From Phaeosaccion multiseriatum (taxonomy: Eukaryota > Protista > Ochrophyta, other classes), in assembly GCA_965112735.1 (NCBI GenBank), contig OZ218959.1:682001-746000 (forward strand): a stretch of 64,000 nt of DNA, given 5' to 3'. Both the position numbers and the translations under genes were made by a program. Shown in pieces: positions 15,056 through 26,175 of the stretch (its first letter is position 1; each line of letters begins with the position of its first letter). A model generated the notes under the pieces. It was not told the DNA's origin. It was given only the letters and a program-made list of their open reading frames with translations, and made no database searches.

Positions 15056-18000
15056 ATGGAAGAGGACGCGGCTGCAGCCGAAACTTACCCCGTGGTTCCC
15101 TACGAGGGTGGCGAAGAAGGCGCAGTTTGGACGTACGTGGAAGGGGAGGGAGGAGAGCCTGGCTATTATTGGAATGAAAGCTCTGGGGAGACTCAGTGGG
15201 AGGATCCACAGACGTCCTGGGAGCTGACGGCAGATGCACTGTACGAGGAGGGGTACCAGCAGCTCGAAGTGCAGCAAGATGGCGACAACGACTTTGAAAT
15301 GCCAGAGTCCCCCATTTACACAGACGAAAACGGGTACAGCTGGCGCTATGATGAAGCCTCTGGGACGTACACTGCTGCTGACAGCAGCTATGGAGCAGAG
15401 AACTATGACAACACTGCTGCTGCAGAGGTTGATACCTATGGAGTAGAGAGTTATGAGAGCTATGAGGGGGCTGCTGCTGCCGAAGTTTACCCCATCGTTC
15501 CCTACGAGGGTGGCGAAGAAGGCGCAGCTTGGACGTACGTGGAAGGGGAGGGAGGAGAGCCTGGCTATTATTGGAATGAAAGCTCTGGGGAGACTCAGTG
15601 GGAGGCACCGGATGCACCAGCAGCAGCGTACATAGAGTGGGGAGAGGGGGGGGACGGGGCGGAGGAACTGGGCGACGCTGACTACTATGGCGAGCCCGAG
15701 GAACCGGACGTGACTGCCTACTACGGGGAGGAAGAGTACGGGGAGGAGGGAGAAGAGATGGGCATTGTCCAGGAGTCCGACTCCTACATCTACAGGAAAG
15801 CCAGTGATGCGCCCGCCTTGGAAAGCCTGGAGCTGGAGCAACTCATTCAGCGGGGCGAAACGCTTCCCGGCCAGTGGGATGTGAGCAAAGGACTTTTCAG
15901 CAGGTAGCACAACTTTCCCCACCACGAAGCTCCGGTAGACTCTTCGAAGCTCACACCATGCCTACTTACCCCCACACTCCCTGTGCATCGCCTTACTATG
16001 TATGTATGTATGTATGTATGTATGTATGTATGTATGTATGTATGTATGTATGTATGTATGTATGTATGTATGTTGATAGGGCGGTGGAGGACTATGACAA
16101 GCTCATGGATATGACACAGGAAGAAGTCGCCCACTTCAAGAACAAGGGCACTTCTTTACTGGTTCGGAGCCTCGTGGGGCCGGAGGAGGGCGAGGACGAC
16201 GAAGAAGACATGCTCGTCACGGCTGAAAACGATAGTGAAGAGGGCTGTGAAGATTGGAAGGACGAAGAGCACGTGAGTAGCTCGCATGCCACGCATTGCT
16301 TCGCGTCACTTTGAAACACGAGCAGCACTGATGCAGCCGAGCCCCCCTCTCTTGCCTTGCTTGTTTCCTTTCGCCAGGCATCGAAAGCGTACGAGGCTGG
16401 GCCCTGGACGCACGGCTACAGCGAGGAGGGCCACGTCTTCTTCCGAAACATGGAGACGGGGGAAGAGCAATGGGAACCCCCAACACAGGTTGGAGAACTG
16501 GCGATCCGCGGCACTCCTTCGGTTTGCTTGCTTGTTCCTTACAAAGGTGTTTCCTCCGGTTTCTTGTGCTGTCCCTGTCGTGACAGCCATGGGAGGTCGT
16601 GTTGGAGCACTTGGTGAGACTCACACCGCGCCAGTCTGTGGACCCCGGCCGGGGGGCGTGGAAGCTTCGAGAGAACGACGACATGTTGCGCAAGCGATGG
16701 ATGCATCGATCAGTGGTCCAAGAAGCAGCAGCGGTGGAGACCAAAAGAAGGACGGAGAACCCGACGGATGAGGTACGTAGGTGGGCAGTGGCGTCACTAG
16801 AGAGTGTATCTCCCGCAAGAATATAACAACGACCCCCGCCCCCCTCTCTCTCTCTCTGTCCCTCAAAGGAAGCACTGGTGGACACTTTGAAATATTTGGT
16901 GGACACAACTGAGCGTCGCGTGATGCTCCAACAGAGCCAAGAAGCCCACCGGCAAAGGGCTGCCTTGAGGTCGACGCACAGCCCTGTAGCGCTCATGTAC
17001 TCGATGAAGAAGTTGACTGTGAGGCCGGCGGGGAGGGCGCCGTCCAACGGAGCCTCTCTCCCAGGGAATCTTCCGCTTGAGCTTTTGACGGACGCCGCGT
17101 TCTTTGACTTCACGGTAAGTAAAATCTTGTTCGGCATGAAATCAGTCCTCCTCCACCAATCCTGATACTGATTCTCCGAACCCGAAAACACCCCTCACCT
17201 TGTACGTGTACCCCCCAACAGGCCACGTGGGGAGGTGAAGCTATTCCGCGGAAGCCTCCTGCAAGTCGCAGGGAGGGTGGGGTGGCGCCGCTGCCGCCGC
17301 CCCCCTCCACGCTGGCTACGCTTAGAAATCCCTTCCCAGCCCGGGGTACCGCGTTAAGGATGATCAAGGGAGGCACTAGCGGCAAAGCAAAGGGGAACCA
17401 TGCCCTACTACAGAGAGCCAGCAAAAATCCTCTACTGGTTGAAATCATGTGGCAGGCGCAACAAGCAAAGGATCGATACAGAACGGTCAAGGGCGTGGCA
17501 GGGCGCGGGACGGAGGAAAAGCTGGCAGACACGGAAGTCCTTTTACCCTGGGAGGTACCCGGCGAGGAGGCGACTAGTCACGTCTCATTGGAGGACAGCC
17601 ACCACGAGCTTGAGGAGACAGCCAAAGCTGGAGACGTACCAACATCGTCGCTGCGAGACCGTTTCTCCTTTGGGAGACTGGGCAAAGCAGATCATTTCTT
17701 CAACCCGAGTCGGCGAAAAGGGGGCGATGAAACAGGGCCGGAAGAGAGGCTGAAGGATGGCAGGATGGATCAAATGGCTGCCACGTGGAATAGTGGTACG
17801 GAGAAGATGAGCAATGTGTTGAGCAAAGGAGTTGCATCGAGTAGGGCGGCCACCGCGGAGTTACGCAAGGGTTCGCCGGAACAGAGAGCGATCTACAGAA
17901 TGGCTGGCCGGGGGTTGAGGAGGGTCAAGAAGCGGTCACTGGCGCTGATGGCTCCGATCGTGAAGAGCTTACCAGGCACGCTTGTCGTGTCACAGCACAT

Positions 18001-21000
18001 CACGCAGCGACTCGGCTCGCTGCAGCTGGGGGAGCGGGTGGCAACGGCAAAGCGACGGAAGGAGGAAATACAAGGAATGGCGCAGGACCAGTACCAACGC
18101 ACAGTGTCTCGCGTGGCGACGGCGCGGGCGTCGAAGAGAATGAAGATGACGAGGACGAGGCCCGGCCAGCGAGTGAACCCGAAAGCGGCGGCGTGGCCAC
18201 CGGACACGACACGCGTGACTCTGCATCTCGGATGCGTCCCACCCCCAACCCTCATCCCTGTGCAAGTCAAGGTGACGAGAGAGGACGGTTCTTGACAGAT
18301 TCGAGGGGCTTTTGCACACTTCTGACGCTGTGGGTTTGTGTGTGTTTGTGTGTGTGTGCCTGCGTGTGTGTGTGTGTGGTGTGTGTATGGGGGCGCAGGT
18401 GAGGGATGAAGCGACCGCCCGAATCATTCAAAAGACAAAGCTGAGCTCTGCGCTGCGAGACTCATGGGAATTGATGCTGAGGAGGGACATTGCTACGGCC
18501 GCAGGAGTGGAAGTGAAACGAATTGTCATCGATGAGATTCGCTTCCCTTCTCGGGATGTTTTCGACGTGAGCGAAAAATTGTCTGAGGCGAACAAGGGCT
18601 CCGTGGCGAGAGAGGGTTGCGAGGGCGAGGCTCTCAACTGTGAACTGAACATCCTTCGGAGAAATCTCATGCGAGAGATAAGTATCGAGAGAATGAGAGC
18701 GGAAGAGAATGGGGAAACAGCTGGACAAGGTCTTTTGGTGACTGCCGAGGAGGAGGAGGGCAGTCGGGATGGAATACGGATGCAGGAAGGCCTCGGCGGC
18801 GACGGAGTTGACAAGCAGCACGGGCCTCCAGCACAACACCCGTTTTCGCGCATTTCACCGAAGGTTACGGGGAAAGTCGGGAAAGAGGACCTCAGGCAAA
18901 CCTTCACGCTCTGGAAGGCGGAGAGGGAGAACCGAGACAAGTTCCCCGTCCTGAAGGGGAGGGTCGGCCTGGACAGTCTTACGAGAGGTGCGAAACGGTG
19001 CAGCGCCCCCCCCCCCCCCTTTGGTAGCGCTTGCTTATCATCTCTCGTCGCGTATCTTCTGTCTGGTCTCAGATCTGCCCCACCTTGGAGCTTCGATGAG
19101 CATGTCCAACCTGACGGAGAAGCGAGGCAAGACCGCCCCCATTGCGCAGCTCAAGAGACTGAAACAATCTGCGAAAGCTTCAATGGACGGCCTTAAGGAA
19201 GAGACTCGAGGACGGGCACTCAACCTCACGAGAATCGTCGGCGGTGGGAGGTAAGCGGCACGTCAGTCAGGCGCATCGCCCTTGCTTGTTTCTCCTTAAG
19301 AGTTGTTGCGTGGTCCATCCCCGTGCTCGCAATCCCGTCGTGCACACAGGCGGGAGGAGGGAGGCACGCCCCACCAGGACAGGCCTGAGGCGGCGGCGAC
19401 GCTCGCGGAGAGGATCAAGCGCTTAAAGACACTTCGCCTCAGCGACTTGGCGCCGGGCCTCAGTCTGAGGCCCAACGAGGTCAAGAGTCTCTCCCTGGCA
19501 CAGCTCAAGGCTATCAAGGTGGGCTTGTGAGCGCCGCCAGCCTTGGAAACTTGAGTGCCTCACACACTGTCCTGGAACACCCCCACTCCCCTGCACTCGC
19601 TCCCACTTGTTGTGTCTGTTCTTGACAGCACCTGAGGCTGAGTGACTTGAACCCGGCCGACTTGGTGCAGAAAATGGTCATCGAGAGGGTCTCGCACTCC
19701 CTCGATTTGGCTGCGGACATGGCGCTTACCGCCCTGTACAACTATTATGACGAGGATAGGTGAGTGGAGTCCATCAAAGAGGGATAGCGAGAAATTGCCA
19801 TCGCGATCATCGCCCGCCCCACTCCGCCTCAACTTCCCACCCGATGAACCCCCCTCAGGCCTCTCGAGGACGAGACGCAGCAACTGTCGAGCGAGGAGCT
19901 GTTCGGTTCGAGGCAGGGGGGCCTTGACCCCCTTGAAGGACGCCCAGAGTCGAGCTGGATGGCAAAGACGAGGCTACTTCAGAGCCAAGACAAGCTGGGG
20001 CGAGCCATACCAAGCCGACTGCAAGTGAAGCTGGCCATTCGAGTGGAAAGGGCCAGGACTCTTTTCCAGGCCGGGGGGTATCTTCCGGAAGATCTGAGCA
20101 AGAATTGCATCGTTACTTGCAGCATCGTGGGTGGCCCGGATCCGGATTGGACGAGCGGGAAGGTGAGCACCGGAGAGACACAGGCTCCACCATTTGTGTA
20201 CGCGACGTGTGGGGGGGCTTAGTTCCCTGTATCTTGTGTCTCGTCTGCAGGAGGAGAGCTTGACCAGGAAGGAGCTCGTTAGCTACACCCCCTCAGAGGC
20301 TGTCGCTCGTCGCCTCACCCGCCAGCTCGGAGACGAGCGCAGTCCGCTCTTGCAGGTGAGTGGCATTGAGAGAAACAAGGCCAGTCATAGTGCCTGCCCT
20401 GAAAAGAAATAACAGCACAACACCTGCTGTCTCTCTACGCCGCAGGGAGCTCTGACACACACAGCGCTGAGGGGTGAATGGCGAGGCACTGGTCGAGCTA
20501 GGTACGTGCGTGCGAGTCGGGAGGTCAGGAGTGATGTACATTCCTTTTCCTGCGGCTCACATCGGATCTCCGTGCGCTGTTCTATCGCGTAGGATCTTTG
20601 AGACTTCCATGGGGCACTGGAGTATGTGCGTGAGTCCTGTCTTCTTTGGGTACTCGACAACAGCCAAACCAGTATCAAAGAGAGACGCGTCAAGGTTGGC
20701 GAAGGCCAAGAAAAGAGGGAGAGTGACAACGCCCGGGGATCGGGACGGAGCTGGCAAGCACACTTGTGAACTACCCGCTGGTCATCACCCGCTCTTCTTT
20801 GATCCGAATGAAGAGCTAGAGCACGCAGAGACGAACTTCCAGAAGCTGATGCAGGAAGGCAAGAGCAAGAGTAGAGCACGCAAGGCCCCCCTCTCGTGAG
20901 TGACGGATGCACTTGCTCACCACCTCGTTTCTTGCCGTGTCTCAGGTATAGCTGAGGGGGGGCACTTGACACCGGAGCAGTACAATGCGCAGCGGTGGAG

Positions 21001-24000
21001 GGATCGCGCCAAAGCGAAGGTGCTGCTTATGCGGAAGCTAAGGGCCTCAAGGAAAAGGGGAAAGGCAGTGTGGCAAGGGGCACCGTTTTCCAGTATTGCG
21101 CCGGCCACTTTCGAGAAATGGCAAAGAGAAAGGGATGGCGACCATCTGCAGCACCTCAAGGAACTGAGGACGCAGCGGGCCTCCGCGGCTGCCAGGAGGC
21201 GCGAAGAGAGTATAGCGCGAGGGAGCAGAAATCGGCTAAAGACTTGGCTGATCCGCAGACTGATTAAGGAGAATCCAGCACACGCGGCTCTCATGACAGC
21301 GGTGAGTAAGGGCCTGTCCTTGGCATGCTATGTCCACTCACTCTCTTTGACGGCACGCCTCAGCACCCACCCCGCCTGTTTTCTGTACTTTGTGTGTGGT
21401 ACTGTTGTTGTTCGTTTTCAGTCGATACGCGGAGAAACTGACAGGGGAGGCAAGGGGGACAAGGGAGGACGCCGAGGAAATAGCGATGCCACAGAGTACA
21501 AGAAGGAGACTAGCGCGGACGAGCACATGGAGAGGGCGAGCATCCGGGCTGCCGAGAAGAGATTCGAGACGGACACCGATGCGCTATTGCGGGACATGTT
21601 TGCGAAGATACAGCGGTATGACCAGCATTCAAACCAGAGGACCGTGGGCGAACACTCTGCGGCGTCGCTGCGGCCCGAAGACATACTCAGGCACCTGCAG
21701 AGTACCACCGACCTCAAGGAGCAGGCCTTGAAGTGCAGGGCTTTGCAGCCCATCCTTGTGGACCCTGCTTTCGCGCAGGCTTTCCTCGGGGCGCCTTTCC
21801 AGCGGGACGGCGACGTGGGGCTCAGTGTAGACGAATTTGCTCTATTCGGTAGGTCCTCTCCCCAATTTCCTTCGTCGTTTCTTGTGCACCCCATCTCATC
21901 CCCCCTCCCCGTCCATGCTCGGCCGTACGCCGCAGGCCTCGTCGTGGCTGAGGTGGATACGTGGTTCCGAGGCATTCAAGCCTTGCTCGACAAGATTGCG
22001 ACTCAGTCTGCCTCGAGCAAGGAGGACGGTGTGGAGAAGAAAAAGAAGAACATGAGACGAAAGAAGGAGAGGGAAGAATTAGAAAGCGCCGGGATAGCGG
22101 CCAAGGACGCGTGGAAGAAAGACTTGAACACCTCGCGGGTGGTCAAGAGGGGGGACGGCCTGGAGTGGGGCCGCTTTCACCATCACATCTTCATCCATCT
22201 CTGGGCTACTTCCGCCGTCGGTGTGGCGGGCAGCACTCGCAGCGGCAGAGCTCGTTTGCCGGCGTTCTGCTGCCTTTGTCGGCGAAGGAAGTGGGAACAA
22301 TGTCGTGCTTTGCGCCTGCAGGCTGAGCACAAGCACCGGATGTCGTGGGCACACTTGCTCAGCGAACGTGAGCAAGTTCTTCTTGTGGCTCTAGAGGCGA
22401 AGGTGGGTCCGTAGAGCCGCCTCGCACCCCTCCCTTCCTCCTTCCGTGGCTTACTAGTGTCGCGTTGGTGTACCACAGATTGCCAAGGCGATTCTTCGAC
22501 AAAGGGCAGAGCAAGGCGCCGCAGAGGGCCTTCTCGGAGTGCTTGATGTTGCTGACTGGCTGGCAGACACCGCCGTCCCCGCGAGAGTGGCGAGTGCTCA
22601 AGTCGTGGAAGTCCTCGTGGGTGAGATTGTCGAGCATGCATGCGCGTCAATCGTGGAGCGCGCGGAATCGAGGGGTGTGTATGATGCGGACTCCTCTGGA
22701 GTGACGAAGGGCCCTCCTCCTTCAGCCGGGTACGTACCAGGAGGAGATGCAGTTTAGGGACTGGCCAGATGGAACACTGCTCTCTCCTCCTGACAATGCT
22801 TCTTTTATCTCCCTCCCATTTAAAAGACTTGGCGCGGACGAAGGACAAGCTGACCACAATCAGCAGTGGGCAGGAAGTGATGTGATGACCAGTGATCTTG
22901 AATCGCCGCAAGAAGGCGGTCAGAGCAAGCAGGCACCGCGCCCTTCGCAGGACACATCGGAGCAGACCCAGCAAGGCGGAGACACGTCTCTGCCATCCGC
23001 AGAAGTGACCCTCGAAGGCGAGAGCCGCGAGGAGGGGCTGCCGCGCGACGCTCAGGAGCTGCAGACGGCAGTTGCGTCAGAGGGAATGTCTGACGCATCA
23101 TCTTATGGTAGCGTGGCGTCCTTCGTCCACAGTGATGCGGCTCAGGGGGAAGACCCACGCCGCCAGGCTCCCTCGCAGAGGCGTGGAGGAGGAAGAGGAC
23201 GCAAAAGTGGAGAACTCTCCGACACGGACATGGGCGCTTTGAAAGTTGCCTCCAGGATGCGGGGCGTGATCGGCTTCAAGGGGGGGGACGGGCCGCAGAC
23301 AGTGCACTTTTGTGAGCTTCATTCGGTTTCACAGGTGCGTCCGGGAGGGAGCCTTGCCATGGCAATGCGTCACCATGTTTCTTCAGCTTGACACTATCTG
23401 TCTGTCCGTCTGTCTCCCTTCCTTCTGTTGGATCGCTCTTTGCCGCTCGCACAGGGAGCCGTGGACTCGTTCTTCGGAAAGTCGGAGAGGGAGCTCGTGG
23501 CATTGGTGAGAGGCACAGTCGCTTGGAGCGAAGCGTCCAAAGCCATGCTTGAAGTGCTCCGCATTCCCGACGAACGCATGACAGCTACAGCCGAGGCGCG
23601 ATTCAGACAGGGAGTACAAGGCGTCGTCGCAGAAGTTGTTGACCAGGAGAAGGTACGGATTGATGTCGGGAGAGGTATATGGGGTTCAGAGGGTCCTTAG
23701 GGGAGGGAATACTTTTAACCTTCTTGGAGCTGAATCTCTATTGACCCTCTCCGGCCCCGTGAGTGAAGTGTGGTGGGTGGGTGCGTGGGTGGGTGGGTGC
23801 GTGGATGGGTGGGTGCGTGCGTGGATGGGTGAGTAAGCGATTGAGTGAGTGGGTGCGTGGGTGAGTGCGTGCGTGCGCTTCGTACTCGCTGGAATTCTGG
23901 ATTGCCGGGTCCTTGATGAGTGCTGACTCTGAGGTGCCATTGGTCACAAACTCTGAAACTCGCTGGGGTTTGCAGGCGGCCTGGGAAAGGGAGGAACTTG

Positions 24001-25364
24001 CCCGTCGAGCAATGTTTGCTGAAGAAGAGAGTCTCCGGAGAATGGAGGAAGCCATTCGAAGAGCCGCGGAGGTGGCTCCTCGAGCTGCTCAAGAGGCGGG
24101 TCACAATGCTTTTCTGCAGCTCATGAATCGCCTAGAGAGGCCTCACCCCAATCTGCTCCGTTTGCGGTGGGAGTCTGCGTTGGGAGGCACGGGCAATCTT
24201 GTGGAGGGCGTTGAGGGGACACTCACGGCCAAGGTTCGAGACGCTGCAACCAACCAGCGCTTCTTGTGCCGCATCCTTCCTTGCGAGACAAAGGTGAGAG
24301 TATGATATGAACTGTGCTGTAACCTTCCCCACCCTGTGAGTCTAATGTTCTTGCGATGAATGGATTCGGTCCGTCCTCCAGGACGACTTGTCTCACGTGC
24401 TCGAGGAGGCTTCCATCATGCAAGAGTTGCGCTTCCCTGCACTGGTCCGCGTCAAGGGTATATACCCGCACGTGGTCGCCTCCTACTCCCTCTCCAGCGA
24501 GGCGTCCACTCGCTGTACTGTGGCGGTGATTCTGCTTGAGCACTGCGCGGGCGGACAGCTCTGGGACAGACTACGCGCAGCAGTAAGTCACGGGTTGCAC
24601 ATGGGGTACATAAATGGGCATAGCGTTTCGATTGACTTTGGTCTTTGTGTTGTATCTCGCAGAAGAACAGCGGTGCAGAGATTCCATCAAGTCAGCTGGA
24701 GACCTGGGTAAGGCAGCTCAGCAACGGGCTACTCGGACTCCACAAGGAGGGCCTCCTGCACCGCAATATCAACGCCGGAAACGTGTACCTAAACTCCGAG
24801 GTCTGTCGATCACATGCCAGTATGACACATGTCACACGTCCGGCTTTTACCATTCTCCCCGCTTGACATTAAACATGCTGAAACTTCGCCTACCGCTTTG
24901 TGTTGTGTTAAACGTGTGTAATCATACAGGGGAGAGCCAAATTTGGCTCATACCAATTCTGTAAAGCCGCTCGGCGGCCGGGCTTCAGCATGTGTCGGAA
25001 CGACTATGGCAGCGAGAACTCCATCCCCCCCGAGTATGTACACGGAAATGCTGGCCCGGATGCGGTCGTGGGAACCAAAGGCGACATATGGGGCCTAGGA
25101 TGCGCGATTTTCAAGTGGACAACGGGCCTGGTAAGTTGATGAAGGATTGACTGTGCCACGCATGCTTTTCACACTTAACTACGGCCGATTTACCCTCTGA
25201 AATGCCTTCAGGAGTTCAACTGGAGAGAGTATGGGACTTTGGAATCCGCTCTTCACTTGGTGTCGAGCTCCAAATTGAGGGAGGCCCTACGCCTCTGCCT
25301 GCAACTCGACCCTAAAGTACGAGCATCAGCCGAAGAGCTGTGGCGCTTCATGGCTATTACATGA
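15056..25364 (+). CDS. Large WW-domain plus C-terminal protein-kinase-like (pseudokinase) protein, about 25 exons and 2,550 aa
   Basis: WW motifs WTYVEGEGGEPGYYWNESSGETQWE (twice) and WTHGYSEEGHVFFRNMETGEEQWEPP. The exon chain joins in frame by hand from ATG 15056 to TGA 25362-25364 (7,650 nt). Kinase subdomains: EEASIMQELRFPALV, LLEHCAGGQLWD, LHKEGLLHRNINAGNVYL, IPPE, KGDIWGLGCAI, CLQLDPKVRASAEEL. Confidence 0.8.
15997..16072 (+). repeat. (TATG)19 microsatellite in intron 1
   Basis: Perfect tetranucleotide run ending just before the AG acceptor at 16078-16079. Confidence 0.97.
18326..18385 (+). repeat. Imperfect (GT)n microsatellite, intronic
   Basis: Directly visible. Confidence 0.9.
23766..23876 (+). 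repeat. Imperfect (GGGT/GCGT/GAGT)n tetranucleotide microsatellite, intronic
   Basis: Directly visible in the longest intron (23653-23975). Confidence 0.9.
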
Positions 25365-25509
25365 TGATGCAGCCTTCCTACTCCGACGTGTCACGCAGTC
25401 GCGGCGCTCGATCGAAAAAAGCCCTTCCTCATAGCCGGAGGGCCTTCCACATAGCTGGCGACGGTGTGTATACAGAACAAGCCAAGCACCTGGCGACAAA
25501 GACGAAAAA

Positions 25510-25673
25510 GGGCCATTTGAGCCCATCCAAGGCCCCACTTGGCGCTGTTGTGGCAATGTAGTATCTCAGTTGGGCCTGTTGTGCTGAGCCAATGCCCGGC
25601 GTGGGCATGTTGTGGCCAGCAAACGCGTCGTTCGGGCTGTGTGTGCCCCACAAATGCCGGCTTTGGGCCTTTT
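25510..25673 (+). repeat. Partial monomer of the 187-bp satellite
   Basis: Near-identical to the units at 63650-64000, in the same orientation. Confidence 0.95.
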
Positions 25674-26175
25674 TGTGTGGGGTCCGAATCGTGGGCAACC
25701 ATCACGCATTGTGGCAGCTACCACTCTCCAGACAACCTACAAATAGGGTGGTCTTTATCCTATTGCATGTGTTGTGTATTGCTTACGACTCTACTCTCCC
25801 CACTTGCCCTGCATCGATCCTGCATCTTTGCGAAATAGAACGATCATGCAAAGCGTCACTCAAGTGTCGACGGTACAGTATGAAGTCCAACATGTCAAGT
25901 ACCTTCGAAACTCCTTCTCTTCAACCCTGACTACTGACTATGGCGCCAGCCGGGCCTGATTATTGATTGTGACCGCGGCGCCAGCCGTCCTGATAACTGA
26001 TCATATCTGGCGCCTGATTACTGATTATGGCCAGCGTACACCGTAATCTTGTCCAGGGCCGATCATAACTCCTCCCCCCAAGACCAAGCCATACCAGCCA
26101 AGGATTGAAAAAACTACCCACAGAGGTGTAGAAATCCAATGAGGAAAGGAAACAACCCGAAACACCATGCATCCT
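25674..26175 (-). mobile_element. 3' LTR (25674-26067), polypurine tract and 3'UTR stub of an LTR retrotransposon related to the 58-63 kb family
   Basis: Begins TG exactly where the satellite breaks. It shares ccagacaacc.acaa...ttatcctat...gtgtatt.gctt with the 210-bp LTR. It is followed by act-cctcccccc (PPT on - strand) and a UTR homologous to 58313-58453. Confidence 0.7.

Noticed and set aside
20859-20945. GC-AG intron in the WW-pseudokinase gene
   Set aside because: A GT donor at 20871 in the same phase fits equally well; unresolved without RNA data.
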